DNA from: Escherichia phage LF82-4
Strand: one strand, 5' to 3'
DNA length: 64,000 nt
Sequence record: PV660448
Shown: positions 10,674 through 21,941 of the stretch, one piece after another
How the letters are laid out: each line of letters starts with the position of its first letter
Position numbering within the stretch: position 1 is the stretch's first letter
Notes under the pieces: generated by a model
What the model saw: only the letters and a program-made list of their open reading frames with translations
The model's database searches: none
Told to the model about the DNA's origin: nothing
Made by a program: the position numbers and the translations under genes

Positions 10674-11852
10674 TTAGAAATATTTTTTGTATGAATTGAT
10701 TACATTTTGGTCTACATCATTATCAATTTGTGCAACAAGATAAGAACTGATTTCAACTTCCTGAGGAGCTGCTTGAACTAAATCAGAGTTCAGATATTCA
10801 CGAATCCAAGGATACGGATGCTTGGTCGGAGCGTCAGTGATTGGGCATGGCAAACCGCACTGTTTCATACGAGACACAGACAAGTAATCAACAAAAGCAC
10901 ACATACTCTGCGTATTGATACCTGGACATGTACCATCTTTAAAAAGGTGTGCAGCCCATTCCTTCTCTTGACTATTTACTTCCATAAAAATGTCAACTGC
11001 TTCTTGTTCACATTCTTTAGCAATTTGAACCCACTCATCACCGTCAGTACCAGATTGAAGTTGACGGATAATGTACTGAGTACCCTTGAGATGGAGTTGT
11101 TCGTCACGAGCAATGAACTTCATAATCTTTGCATTGCCTTCCATAATTTCCATATTTTTATGGAAGTTGAAAGTACATGCAAATGATACGTAAAAACGAA
11201 TAGCTTCTAAGGCGTTGATAACATGCAAACAGAGATAAAGAGACTTCATTAGGTCATGTTTACATTCTTCCATGTGCATAAGACTATTTGAATATGCATC
11301 TAAATCATATTCATTTTCGGAAAAACATTTAAAAATTTCTTTAGCATTTTCCCATTCACGTGTTTTAACTAGAACATCATCATAATATTTGCCGATTGAT
11401 TCCGCACGTTTCATAATTGCTTCATCTAATACAATCTCATCAAATACCTTCGATGGATCAGTATAAAGATTTCGCATGATATGAGTATATGAACGAGAGT
11501 GAATGGTTTCACTGAATGTCCATGTAGCAACCCATGTATCTAATGAAGGGTCAGAAATCAGTGCCATAAGTACCGCAGATGGGGCCCTGCCTTGGATAGA
11601 ATCTAATAACGATTGATACTTAAGATTGTTTGTAAAGATATCCTGTTGAAACTGAGGAAGCTTATTGAACTGCGCAGAGTCCAACATCAAGTTTACCTCT
11701 TCCGGGCGCCAAAAAAACGACAATTGCTTTTCAATAAGCTCTTCAAAAACTTTATGGCGTTGAATATCGTAACGCGCAAGGCCAAGACCGGAACCAAAGA
11801 ACATTGGTTCATTCAAAACATCAACTTTTTGGGTATTAAAAACTGTACTCAT
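10674..11852 (-). CDS. nrdB: ribonucleotide reductase small subunit (uninterrupted)
   Basis: 392 aa; di-iron ligand pattern; no intron. Confidence 0.9.
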   Translation of the reverse strand: MSTVFNTQKVDVLNEPMFFGSGLGLARYDIQRHKVFEELIEKQLSFFWRPEEVNLMLDSAQFNKLPQFQQDIFTNNLKYQSLLDSIQGRAPSAVLMALISDPSLDTWVATWTFSETIHSRSYTHIMRNLYTDPSKVFDEIVLDEAIMKRAESIGKYYDDVLVKTREWENAKEIFKCFSENEYDLDAYSNSLMHMEECKHDLMKSLYLCLHVINALEAIRFYVSFACTFNFHKNMEIMEGNAKIMKFIARDEQLHLKGTQYIIRQLQSGTDGDEWVQIAKECEQEAVDIFMEVNSQEKEWAAHLFKDGTCPGINTQSMCAFVDYLSVSRMKQCGLPCPITDAPTKHPYPWIREYLNSDLVQAAPQEVEISSYLVAQIDNDVDQNVINSYKKYF

Positions 11853-11902
11853 TATATTCTCTCAATAGTGACTCATCCATGAGTCAATTATAAACAAAAT
11901 TC

Positions 11903-14158
11903 TTAAAGCTTACAAGCGGAGCAATCTTCAGCTTTAGGCGTTTCTAACTCATAGTCATCTGTACCAGAACCATCTCGAGTGTTATGATAGTAAAGGTTCT
12001 TACCACCAAAGTACCAGAAGTAAAGCAAGTCATCAAGCATTACAGACATTGGCACTTTGCCTTTCTCAAAGACTGAAGGGTCGTAGTATGTATTAGCAGA
12101 AGCAGATTGGCACACCCATTTTAACATGATAACAACTTGTGTCAGATAAGGCTTATTACCTTTCTTAGAGAGTTTCCACGCATAGTCATAAAGACCCATG
12201 TTGTGTTCAATATTAGGAACTACTTGACGGAAATTACCTTCTTTAGATTCTTTAATACTTACTGGGCCACGAGGTGGTTCAATACCATTTGTGCTATTTG
12301 AGACCTGGCTGCTTGATTCGCATGGCATGAGAGCACTGAGTGTACTGTTACGAATCCCGTGTTCTTTAAGTTCGGCTCGTAGTTCTTCCCAATCACATAC
12401 ATAGTTTGGGGCTGCGATTTGGTCAATCTTTTTATTGTACCAGTCGATAGGTAATTCGCCTCGAGACCATTTAGTGTCTGAATAATACTCGCAAGGTCCT
12501 TTTTCTTTGGCGAGTTTGATTGAAGCTTTGATAAGGCCATATTGCAATCTCTCAAACAATTCATGAGTCAAATCGTTAGCGTCTTCATATGAAGCAAAGT
12601 TAGAAGCTAACCATGCAGCATAGTTCGTCACACCAACACCGAGATTTCGACGCTTTTTGGCTTTTAAAGCTTCTGGAACCGGATAGTCTTGATAGTCTAA
12701 CAGGTTATCAAGTGCACGTACTTGTACTTCAGCAAGTTCATTAATTTTATCTTGGTCTTGCCAATCAAATTTATCTAATACAAAAGCAGATAACGTGCAT
12801 AAACCAATTTCAGCATCAGGGCCATTCACATCATTAGTTGGAATAGCGATTTCACAACATAAGTTACTCTGACGAATTGGAGCTTTTTCACGAATAAATG
12901 GAGTGTAGTTATTCGTGTTATCAACAAACTGTGGATAAATTCGAGCAGTACCAGAACGTTCAGTCATGAACAATTCAAAGAGTTCTAGTGCTTTGATTCT
13001 TTTCTTTCTGATTGTTGGGTCTTTTTCAGCTTTCTCATAAAGCTCACGGAATTTATCTTGATCTTCAAAGAACGAGTAATATAGTTCGCCTGACATTTCG
13101 TGAGGGCTAAATAAAGTAATATAATCATTTTTGCCAAGGCGTTCCATCATGAGGTCATTAATCTGAATTCCATAGTCCATATGTCGAATACGGTTTTCAT
13201 CCACGCCTTTGTTATTTTTCAGAACTAATAGGTTCTCTACTTCTAAGTGCCACATCGGATAATACGCTGTAGCAGCACCACCACGAATACCACCTTGAGA
13301 ACAAGATTTTACTGCAGTTTGGAAATGTTTCCAGAATGGAATAACACCTGTATGTCGAACTTCACCCATACCAATCTTAGAACCTTCTGCACGAAGCATA
13401 CCAACGTTGATACCGATACCAGCTCGTTTAGAAATATATTCAATAATTGATGCTGAAGTTTTGTTAATAGATTTTAACGAATCACCGGCTTCAATAACTA
13501 CACAACTAGAGAACTGGCGAGTTGGAGTACGAGCACCTGCCATAATTGGGGTTGGCAATGAAACTTGATGAGTAGAAACGGCATCATAAAAACGAATAAT
13601 ATGTTTCAAACGGTCATGAGTTTCGTCTTGATGTAAGGCCATGCCAATAGCCATGATAGCAAACTGCGGAGTTTCATAAATCTTACCGGTTGTTTTATCT
13701 TTAACCAGGTATTTTTCTTTAAGCTGCATAGCACCAGCATAAGTCAAGTCAAAGTCTCGTTCATGTTTAATCTGTGAATCGAGATAAATGATTTCTTCTG
13801 CTGAATATTGAGACAACAGCTCAGGGTCGTATTTGCCTTCATTAACACAATAAGAAATATGGTCGATAAAAGCAGGCGGTTCAAACTGCCCATATACATC
13901 TTTACGAAGTGCAAACATTAATCCTTTAGCGGCAACATATTGATAGTCAGGTTCTTCGACAGAAATCAAGTTAGCTGCAACTTTAATACAAATCTTCTGG
14001 ATATCTTTGGTGCTCATCCCATCAACCAGATGAGTCTTAATTTCTTCATACAATTCGTATGGGTCGATTTGTGTTCCTTCACATTGCCAAGTTAAGACTT
14101 GAATAATTTTCTGTGCATCAAAATTTTGGGATACCCCACTGCTCTTAATTACTTGCAT
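11903..14158 (-). CDS. nrdA: ribonucleotide reductase large subunit
   Basis: 751 aa; recalled high similarity to T4 NrdA. Confidence 0.9.
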   Translation of the reverse strand: MQVIKSSGVSQNFDAQKIIQVLTWQCEGTQIDPYELYEEIKTHLVDGMSTKDIQKICIKVAANLISVEEPDYQYVAAKGLMFALRKDVYGQFEPPAFIDHISYCVNEGKYDPELLSQYSAEEIIYLDSQIKHERDFDLTYAGAMQLKEKYLVKDKTTGKIYETPQFAIMAIGMALHQDETHDRLKHIIRFYDAVSTHQVSLPTPIMAGARTPTRQFSSCVVIEAGDSLKSINKTSASIIEYISKRAGIGINVGMLRAEGSKIGMGEVRHTGVIPFWKHFQTAVKSCSQGGIRGGAATAYYPMWHLEVENLLVLKNNKGVDENRIRHMDYGIQINDLMMERLGKNDYITLFSPHEMSGELYYSFFEDQDKFRELYEKAEKDPTIRKKRIKALELFELFMTERSGTARIYPQFVDNTNNYTPFIREKAPIRQSNLCCEIAIPTNDVNGPDAEIGLCTLSAFVLDKFDWQDQDKINELAEVQVRALDNLLDYQDYPVPEALKAKKRRNLGVGVTNYAAWLASNFASYEDANDLTHELFERLQYGLIKASIKLAKEKGPCEYYSDTKWSRGELPIDWYNKKIDQIAAPNYVCDWEELRAELKEHGIRNSTLSALMPCESSSQVSNSTNGIEPPRGPVSIKESKEGNFRQVVPNIEHNMGLYDYAWKLSKKGNKPYLTQVVIMLKWVCQSASANTYYDPSVFEKGKVPMSVMLDDLLYFWYFGGKNLYYHNTRDGSGTDDYELETPKAEDCSACKL

Positions 14159-14245
14159 ATATTCCTCAGTATAGGTTGATAGACATTACTCCAAACGGGA
14201 TAGTATTTATCCCGTTAATTTATTATACACTTTTAAACTGAAGCG

Positions 14246-14500
14246 TTAATTATCCTCAGCAATAATTTCTTCATATTCTTTAGGAGTTAAGACTGTAATA
14301 TCGAAATAAACCAGAGGCTCTTTTTCCATACCGAATCCACCACAGAATTCACGATATTCATAAATTCGTTCATGTGAATGGCAAATGAATCGTTCACCTT
14401 TAACTGTGATTTCACTATTCGGTGAAGGGATATCCAGTTCACTTGGATTTTTCATTTCAAAAATTGTGGTGCCATATGAATTAATAAAACGTAAAATCAT
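14246..14500 (-). CDS. hypothetical protein (84 aa), translationally coupled to td
   Basis: ATG one nt after td stop (TAAAATG); trimmed from ORF 14246-14563. Confidence 0.45.
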   Translation of the reverse strand: MILRFINSYGTTIFEMKNPSELDIPSPNSEITVKGERFICHSHERIYEYREFCGGFGMEKEPLVYFDITVLTPKEYEEIIAEDN

Positions 14501-14501
14501 T

Positions 14502-14813
14502 TTATACCGCCATTTTAGCTTTGATAGCTGGATGTGATTCGTAATTTTTAAGAATGAAATCACTCGGATTCATATGCTCTGTTACCCAATGAAGCTGTAA
14601 TGTCGTGCTCCAATCAGAGAATCCTTCAGGCCAATCAATTTTAAGTTCACACAGTTCTTTAGGCTCACGACGAAGAACTTCTTTGCATTGTTCTACATGA
14701 TTGCTGTAGATATGCGTGTTGCCGCCTGAGAACACTAAATCACCTGGGATAAGGTTACACATCTTCGCTACAATATGCGTCAAGGCAGCGTACGAGGCAA
14801 TGTTGAATGGTAG
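14502..14813 (-). CDS. td: thymidylate synthase, exon 2
   Basis: encodes LPFNIASYAALTHIVAKMCNLIPGDL... C-terminal TS segment; joins exon 1 at 15831. Confidence 0.85.
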   Translation of the reverse strand, partial: LPFNIASYAALTHIVAKMCNLIPGDLVFSGGNTHIYSNHVEQCKEVLRREPKELCELKIDWPEGFSDWSTTLQLHWVTEHMNPSDFILKNYESHPAIKAKMAV

Positions 14814-15830
14814 CATTATGTTCAGATAAGGTCGTTAATCTTATCCCGGAATTATATCCAGCTGCATGTCACCATGCAGAGCAGACTATATCTCCAACTT
14901 GTTAAAGCAAGTTGTCTATCGTTTCGAGTCACTTGACCCTACTCCCTAAAGGGATAGTCGTTAGGCATTTATGTAGAACCAATTCCACTTATCAGATTTT
15001 ACACGGTAAGTAACTAATCCTGATGAAATTTCAAAATGTCTAGCCGCATCGGCTGCACATTCAAAAATAATCCCGTCGCATGAAATCTTTTTGATGTTAG
15101 CTGGCTTTTTGCCTTTCATCTTTTCAGATAGTTTAGTTTTAGTTTTTTCTGAATGTTTGTGATTAAAGAACGGGTTATTTTCAGCTGAACGTTTTCGACA
15201 CTTTCCACAAGTGTTGGCTGAAGTTGGTATACGAACACCACATTTACAAAACTTGTGGTTTTCCGGATTCCATCTACCATTTTTACTTCCGTGTTTACCA
15301 TAAATAGCTTTTCGACCATCAGATCCAAGCTTAAGCATCTTAGCTTTAACAGTTTCAGCTCGTTTCTTAGCAATTTCTTCCTTTAATGGATGATTCGAAA
15401 ATGTATCACCAAAGGACGCATCGGCGATATTATATCCATTAATTTTAGAATTTAGCTCGTTAATCCAAAAATTTTCTCGTTCAATAATCAAATCTTTCTC
15501 ATATGGAATTTCTTCCAATATAGAGCATTCAAAAACATTACCGTGTTTATTAAAAGATCTTTGAAATTTTATAGAAGAGTGAACACCATTTTCAAGGTCT
15601 TTAAAATGTCTCTTCCATCTTTTCTCAAAATCTTTAGCACTTCCAACATACACTTTACCATTTAAAGTGTTTTTAATCTGATAAATTCCACTTTTCATAA
15701 ACACCTCTTTAAAATATAGAAGTATTTATTAAAGGGTGGTCCTACAATTTAGCACGGGATTGTCTACTAGAGAGGTTCCCCGTTTAGATAGATTACAAGT
15801 ATAAGTCACCTTATACCCAGGCCTAAATTA
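14814..15830 (-). mobile_element. group I self-splicing intron in td (about 1017 nt) carrying I-TevI ORF
   Basis: 5-prime end TAATTTAGGCCTGGGTATAAGGTGACTTATACTTGTAATCTATCTAAACGGGGAACC matches recalled T4 td intron; exon 1 ends in U, intron ends in G; splicing restores TS frame. Confidence 0.85.
14961..15698 (-). CDS. I-TevI: GIY-YIG homing endonuclease I-TevI (intron-encoded)
   Basis: 245 aa from MKSGIYQIKNTLNGKVYVGSAKDFEKRWKRH...; recalled near-identity to T4 I-TevI. Confidence 0.9.
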   Translation of the reverse strand: MKSGIYQIKNTLNGKVYVGSAKDFEKRWKRHFKDLENGVHSSIKFQRSFNKHGNVFECSILEEIPYEKDLIIERENFWINELNSKINGYNIADASFGDTFSNHPLKEEIAKKRAETVKAKMLKLGSDGRKAIYGKHGSKNGRWNPENHKFCKCGVRIPTSANTCGKCRKRSAENNPFFNHKHSEKTKTKLSEKMKGKKPANIKKISCDGIIFECAADAARHFEISSGLVTYRVKSDKWNWFYINA

Positions 15831-17201
<1,371 letters not shown>

Positions 17202-17203
17202 TT

Positions 17204-17395
17204 TTATTTCCTCAGATATTTTTTGACCATATAGTATTGGAATTCAAACATTCTTGAATCAATAACAAAAATTTGTTTTCTTGGGCATTCATTTAATCGT
17301 ACAGCTGAACACCCAAACGCAAGTTCATGATATTGTTTCTTTTCTATTTCTGAAAGGAAAGTTCTAAGATAACGGAAAAATAGACAGTTAATCAT
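17204..17395 (-). CDS. hypothetical protein (63 aa)
   Basis: ORF track. Confidence 0.4.
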   Translation of the reverse strand: MINCLFFRYLRTFLSEIEKKQYHELAFGCSAVRLNECPRKQIFVIDSRMFEFQYYMVKKYLRK

Positions 17396-17397
17396 AA

Positions 17398-17646
17398 TTA
17401 TTTCCTCAGATTTTTCTTAACAACTTTCCAATCGGCTTTAAACGATTCAACATCAGAATGGTGAATCCAGAATCCTGCGCTTTCACCATCTTCGTAGAGT
17501 GGACATCCATCACATTCTTCATTCCAACCCATTTCACGTAAAGATGTTTCAGCTTGTTCAAGGAGTTCAGCATCTTTATCAAGGATGTTGAAGTACCATT
17601 TGCCTTTAACTTCAGAGTCGTTAATGCTTTGGCGTTGTAATTTCAT
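17398..17646 (-). CDS. hypothetical protein (82 aa)
   Basis: ORF track. Confidence 0.45.
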   Translation of the reverse strand: MKLQRQSINDSEVKGKWYFNILDKDAELLEQAETSLREMGWNEECDGCPLYEDGESAGFWIHHSDVESFKADWKVVKKNLRK

Positions 17647-17711
17647 TTTATTCTCCGTTGCTTCATTTGTTTTGACAGGGTAATAGTATCACACCATTAC
17701 CCTGTTGTATA

Positions 17712-18074
17712 CTATTTTATTCCAAAAATTTCTTTAATTTCTGCAATCACATCTCGAGCATTTTCTGTAGTCACTTCAAAGATGAGTGATTGTTTAGAAA
17801 TAGACTCTGGAGATACCTCGATGAAGTGTTTAAACTCATCATCATAAAGCTCAAAATATGAACCTGGCTTACCATCAAAACCGAATTCAGTACCGTCTCG
17901 CATAGTTACACGGGTTACACATTTATCATCATCATAATCTGTGTTCATGTCTTTTACAACAAAACTAGGACCATGAAGCTCAATCAAAGCCAGCATATCG
18001 GCGTTTTGTGGGCATTCATTGGCGAAGATAGCTTTACATTCTGGATTGATGATATAAGTTTTTCCAATTTTCAT
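17712..18074 (-). CDS. hypothetical protein, paralog A (120 aa)
   Basis: clear sequence similarity to ORF 18136-18522 (M.IGK.YIINP..K..FANEC...LIE.HGPSFVV...RVTM.DGTE). Confidence 0.55.
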   Translation of the reverse strand: MKIGKTYIINPECKAIFANECPQNADMLALIELHGPSFVVKDMNTDYDDDKCVTRVTMRDGTEFGFDGKPGSYFELYDDEFKHFIEVSPESISKQSLIFEVTTENARDVIAEIKEIFGIK

Positions 18075-18106
18075 TTTGATTTCCTCTCATTTGTTTTGAT
18101 AGGACT

Positions 18107-18136
18107 ACTATAACATAGCCCTATCTGATTGTACAC
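18107..18136 (-). promoter_or_regulatory. T4-type early promoter
   Basis: minus-strand GTGTAC-N18-TATAGT. Confidence 0.45.
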
Positions 18137-18522
18137 TACTTTTTAAAAGTTTTTTGCAAAAGTTTGATGATTTCGTCGACGTTGGTTTCATCTACGATAC
18201 AATGGATTTTTGTTACACCTAAAGTTATACCTTCGTTAGTAGATTGAGGCTTTTCTAAAGTTACCTCAGTAAAGTATTTGAATTCTTCAGAGTAAATCTC
18301 AAAATACGTCTCAAGTGGGCCACCAGCCATGTATTCAGTGCCGTCTTCCATAGTTACACGTACCACACAGTCACCAGCACAATCATCACTTTCCATTTCA
18401 TCTACAACAAAACTAGGTCCGTGCTTCTCTATTAAATTTAGCATCATTACATTGCAACGGCACTCGTTAGCAAAGTCATCTTTAAATAAAGGGTTAATGA
18501 TATAAGATTTTCCGATTTCCAT
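18136..18522 (-). CDS. hypothetical protein, paralog B (128 aa)
   Basis: tandem paralog of 17712-18074. Confidence 0.55.
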   Translation of the reverse strand: MEIGKSYIINPLFKDDFANECRCNVMMLNLIEKHGPSFVVDEMESDDCAGDCVVRVTMEDGTEYMAGGPLETYFEIYSEEFKYFTEVTLEKPQSTNEGITLGVTKIHCIVDETNVDEIIKLLQKTFKK

Positions 18523-18551
18523 TTTGATTTCCTCATGTTGTTGATAGGTTT

Positions 18552-18580
18552 ATACTAACACATTCAGGGAAGAAGTAAAC
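18552..18580 (-). promoter_or_regulatory. T4-type early promoter
   Basis: minus-strand GTTTAC-N17-TAGTAT. Confidence 0.5.
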
Positions 18581-18603
18581 AACTTTTTCAGCAATTTACA
18601 GAT

Positions 18604-18629
18604 ACTCAAAAGGGAGACCGAAGTCTCCC
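18604..18629 (-). terminator. rho-independent terminator after gene 32 (GGGAGAC-CGAA-GTCTCCC plus T-run)
   Basis: same hairpin sequence as at 2109-2126. Confidence 0.6.
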
Positions 18630-18635
18630 AATTTA

Positions 18636-19535
18636 TTATAGACCAGCTAACAGGTCATCGAGGTCGCCATCGTCAGAAGACGAGGAACTCATGAAGTCAT
18701 CTTCAGTTTTTGCAGAACCAAAGGCTTCCATGTCTTTATCAAAATCGTCGAGGTCAGAAGCAACTTTATCTGCAACAGAAGCTGCTGCGGCTGCTGCACC
18801 ACCGAGAGCGGCAGTACCAAGAACCTTAGCGAAAGATTCATTTAATTTTTCAAAGGACTTGAACTGGTCTTTAGCCGTCAAAGTAGTAAGGTCTACCATC
18901 TGGTCATATAGTTCTTTCTGGAATGCTTCGTCATTAATACGAGGAATTTCAGATTGTCCCAAGAATTTAGATTCGTCATAGTTGCTAAAACCAGAAACCT
19001 GCTTAGCTTTCAGAACGAAGTTGGCACCTTCAAACGGGCAAGTAACATCAACCGGAGTTTCACCCATTTCGGTATCAACTGCAATCATTGCATTGATTTT
19101 GTCCCAAATCTTTTTACCGAAACGATATTTAAATACTTTACCTTCATTATCTGGAGCTTGAGGGTCTTTAACAACCAGAATATTAGCCCAATAAGAAGTT
19201 TTACGTTTCAGTTGAGAATATTCAGTTTTGTTGGTATTGTACAGGTCATTTTTACTAATGTACTGACATACAGGACAAGAGTCGTAATCACCATGTGTAG
19301 AAGAGCAATTTTCAATATACCATTTACCATTTTTCTTGAAACCGTGGTTAACAAGAATTGCAAATGGTAGTGCGTCATCAGTTTTTGCTGGCAGGAAACG
19401 AATTACCGCTTGACCATTACCTGATGCATCTAGCTTCAGCTTCCATTCGCCTTTATCTTCTGAAGAGAAACCTTTGTTACCGTTCAGTTTAGCCATTTGA
19501 GCAGCGAGGTCAGCAGTAGATTTACGTTTAAACAT
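18636..19535 (-). CDS. 32: single-stranded DNA-binding protein gp32
   Basis: 299 aa; zinc ligands; acidic C-terminus; recalled high similarity to T4 gp32. Confidence 0.9.
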   Translation of the reverse strand: MFKRKSTADLAAQMAKLNGNKGFSSEDKGEWKLKLDASGNGQAVIRFLPAKTDDALPFAILVNHGFKKNGKWYIENCSSTHGDYDSCPVCQYISKNDLYNTNKTEYSQLKRKTSYWANILVVKDPQAPDNEGKVFKYRFGKKIWDKINAMIAVDTEMGETPVDVTCPFEGANFVLKAKQVSGFSNYDESKFLGQSEIPRINDEAFQKELYDQMVDLTTLTAKDQFKSFEKLNESFAKVLGTAALGGAAAAAASVADKVASDLDDFDKDMEAFGSAKTEDDFMSSSSSDDGDLDDLLAGL

Positions 19536-19620
19536 TATATTTACCTTTATTTAGATTATTTAGATTATTTAATTTATTTACAGTTGGTTGCTACGACACT
19601 TATACCTCGTAGCTGGTATG
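19536..19620 (-). promoter_or_regulatory. gene 32 translational operator (A/U-rich unstructured tract with UAAAU repeats plus upstream pseudoknot-forming hairpin)
   Basis: minus-strand ...CAGCTACGAGGTATAAGTGTCGTAGCAACCAACTGTAAATAAATTAAATAATCTAAATAATCTAAATAAAGGTAAATATATG; resembles recalled T4 gene 32 autoregulatory leader. Confidence 0.6.
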
Positions 19621-19623
19621 ATT

Positions 19624-19631
19624 TATTTATA
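19624..19631 (-). promoter_or_regulatory. late promoter motif TATAAATA upstream of gene 32
   Basis: exact TATAAATA on minus strand about 90 nt upstream of start. Confidence 0.45.
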
Positions 19632-19660
19632 AAGTAATTTTAACACACAAGAAATAAAGC

Positions 19661-20314
19661 TTAATACTTACATGATTTGATTGTTTCTATGAACAATTTC
19701 TTAGCAGCATTTCCATCGATTTGAAGTATTTTTCGATATGCCTTTAATTTGGTAGAATAATTTTGCCAGACTAAATTGTCAGTAAGTTCGTCATGCTTAT
19801 CTATAATATTCAAGAATGAATCCAACAACAAGAAGGTTTCAAATGAAATTATATTGCTTTGTAGCAATTTAAATATGTAGCTCGACTGAACTTTATTATT
19901 ATAATCAAATATCTCTTGAAGCGCACTAACTTCCACTTTCTTGCTGAAATAGTAGATGTTACGTACATCTTCAGCAAACGTCTCCTTGGCTTGTTTGAGA
20001 CGTCCAATATATTCCCTATAGAAAACTAATGCATCAGCGTCTGATATCTCACCAATCCACGCATCTTGGTTAGCAACTAAGTTACTGATGAATATCAAGG
20101 TGAGTTCCTTTAACTTATATTTCTCTGCTAGTTTCTCAAAGAAATATTTATCTCGGCGTTTTTGATACGCATTATCCGAAACACGCATGCACCAGTTATA
20201 TTTGATTACGTCATACCGACCACCAAAATGGTTTTTGCACATCAAGTATAGTTTGTATACCGATTTTCCATTAATATAACGTTCTCCATCAGGAGGCATA
20301 CGTATTTTAATCAT
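19661..20314 (-). CDS. 59: helicase loader gp59
   Basis: 217 aa; recalled high similarity to T4 gp59. Confidence 0.85.
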   Translation of the reverse strand: MIKIRMPPDGERYINGKSVYKLYLMCKNHFGGRYDVIKYNWCMRVSDNAYQKRRDKYFFEKLAEKYKLKELTLIFISNLVANQDAWIGEISDADALVFYREYIGRLKQAKETFAEDVRNIYYFSKKVEVSALQEIFDYNNKVQSSYIFKLLQSNIISFETFLLLDSFLNIIDKHDELTDNLVWQNYSTKLKAYRKILQIDGNAAKKLFIETIKSCKY

Positions 20315-20649
20315 AATAAGAAATCTAACGTATTAGTTTTTTCACCACGAGCAACTGATGGGCGAAGCATGTTTTCGTCAATTGCTTCGCTTGTAATTTT
20401 TTCAACAATTCCTGTAGGAATAAATTTAGCAAATTGTGTTTCTGGAATAGAATTTTCTTCCAAGAAAGCAGTTGTTGCTTCTAAATAAGACATACCAAAT
20501 TGTTCAACCATAGATTCGATAATGAATCCGTTTTCTTGACGGTCAAGCAATTTAGCGATATCATCTTTATCGTGTTTTACTGCTAATTCTTGTTCAGATA
20601 AACCGGCCTCATCAACCGGTTTAATATCACTTAGTGAAAACTGTGTCAT
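20311..20649 (-). CDS. 33: late transcription co-activator gp33
   Basis: 112 aa; recalled high similarity to T4 gp33. Confidence 0.8.
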   Translation of the reverse strand: MTQFSLSDIKPVDEAGLSEQELAVKHDKDDIAKLLDRQENGFIIESMVEQFGMSYLEATTAFLEENSIPETQFAKFIPTGIVEKITSEAIDENMLRPSVARGEKTNTLDFLL

Positions 20650-20896
20650 AAAGCTCGACTACCTCTTCGTTTTCAGCTTCAAATTGGTCACGAGCATCTT
20701 TATGATAAAGAGCTAACAAACGATTAAACATTTTTCCATCGACACCAAGCTCTTCTTTAGCACGAGTACGAATGTCTTTAATCAGTTCATTATAACCAGA
20801 AATTTTAAGTTTGTTATCGGAAGCTTCCTTGACTAGTTTAGCCAGTTCTTCACCATGCACATCTTGATTAAATTCAACTGCTTCTTTCTTAGCCAT
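20627..20896 (-). CDS. dsbA: dsDNA-binding protein DsbA
   Basis: 89 aa; position between 33 and rnh as in T4. Confidence 0.7.
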   Translation of the reverse strand: MAKKEAVEFNQDVHGEELAKLVKEASDNKLKISGYNELIKDIRTRAKEELGVDGKMFNRLLALYHKDARDQFEAENEEVVELYDTVFTK

Positions 20897-20903
20897 GTTT
20901 ACC

Positions 20904-21821
20904 TCAGAATTCGTTAATTACACTTGTTAATTTAGAAAGACCCGATTTTACAAAGTATGAATAAATCTTGCCTTTAGGTTGTTGTTTATACGAGTTATAA
21001 TACTCTATAATGGTTGAAGCAATATTATCAGGGATATAATCAAAATCAATGAGAACCAAATTTTCTTGATACCGTTTATATTCTTCTGCACTTAATAATA
21101 CTTCAGCTTGAGAACGGTCATTGGCAATTGCTTCAATAATCGTTGTTTTCATGCTTGGAGTTCGTTCGCCTTCAACTCGAGTAAACCAGAAGTCACCACG
21201 AACTCGAACAGACGCAACACCATCTTTACGGTCGCCTTTAAGAATTTTAGTCATGCAATCAATTTCAGCAGAACCATTCTTAATTTTAACCCATTTTTTC
21301 TGCGGTGGCGACCACTGTTTAACGTTAGGGTACTTGTGTAATTGTGTAAAGTCACCATCTGATGCAACAATACACACCTTATGACCAGCTAATGACAAAT
21401 ATTTAGTTAATACACCGATATGGTCATCCGCTTCGTATTTGTCAATATCCATTACAACGTATGGCATATATTTCTTAATCTCATCAACAACTTGATGAAG
21501 TGCAGTAAAATATCCTTCCCAATCCCACTTTGAAGCTTCACGATCGGTTTTACGATTTTTCTTATAATAGTAAGCAAAGTCACGACGCCAATATCCAGAA
21601 GTAGCGTTATCCATGCACAATACAAATTTTGTATAACCTTGCTTACGGAACATCACTACGTTTTTACGAATTGAATTCAAGACTACATGGCGAACCATCG
21701 GAACAGTAATTTTATCACCGTCTTCAAAGTTGTTTAATGCAGCTGCCAATGCAATGTTACTAAAGTCGGCAAGTGCAATACCTTCTTTGTAATCTTCATT
21801 CAACATCATTTCTAAATCCAT
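20904..21821 (-). CDS. rnh: RNase H / 5-prime to 3-prime exonuclease (FEN family)
   Basis: 305 aa; recalled similarity to T4 Rnh. Confidence 0.9.
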   Translation of the reverse strand: MDLEMMLNEDYKEGIALADFSNIALAAALNNFEDGDKITVPMVRHVVLNSIRKNVVMFRKQGYTKFVLCMDNATSGYWRRDFAYYYKKNRKTDREASKWDWEGYFTALHQVVDEIKKYMPYVVMDIDKYEADDHIGVLTKYLSLAGHKVCIVASDGDFTQLHKYPNVKQWSPPQKKWVKIKNGSAEIDCMTKILKGDRKDGVASVRVRGDFWFTRVEGERTPSMKTTIIEAIANDRSQAEVLLSAEEYKRYQENLVLIDFDYIPDNIASTIIEYYNSYKQQPKGKIYSYFVKSGLSKLTSVINEF

Positions 21822-21899
21822 ATGAACCTCTTGTTCAGTTAGTCAACTTGGACTATAGTAACATACTAGTTCGAAAGCGTAAATAGTCTTTTACTCATT

Positions 21900-21907
21900 T
21901 ATAAATA
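21900..21907 (+). promoter_or_regulatory. late promoter TATAAATA for gene 34
   Basis: exact TATAAATA about 35 nt upstream of gene 34 ATG. Confidence 0.6.
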
Positions 21908-21941
21908 GTAAAATAGAACACATAATGATAAGAGGACTACC

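Noticed and set aside
10674-11852. Searched nrdB for a second group I intron / homing endonuclease as in T4
   Set aside because: The nrdB reading frame is continuous at the expected length; no insertion.
12259-12564. 101-codon minus-strand ORF
   Set aside because: Alternate frame inside nrdA; no independent start signals.
15699-15725. TAATAAATA late-promoter-like motif upstream of I-TevI inside the intron
   Set aside because: One mismatch from the TATAAATA consensus; plausible but not called as a feature without transcript mapping.
18691-19370. Two plus-strand ORFs (96 and 138 codons)
   Set aside because: Antisense to gene 32; Ala/Ser-rich mirror translation.
19541-19580. Tandem TTATTTAGA repeats
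   Set aside because: Correspond on the minus strand to the A/U-rich gene 32 operator, not a mobile or satellite repeat.
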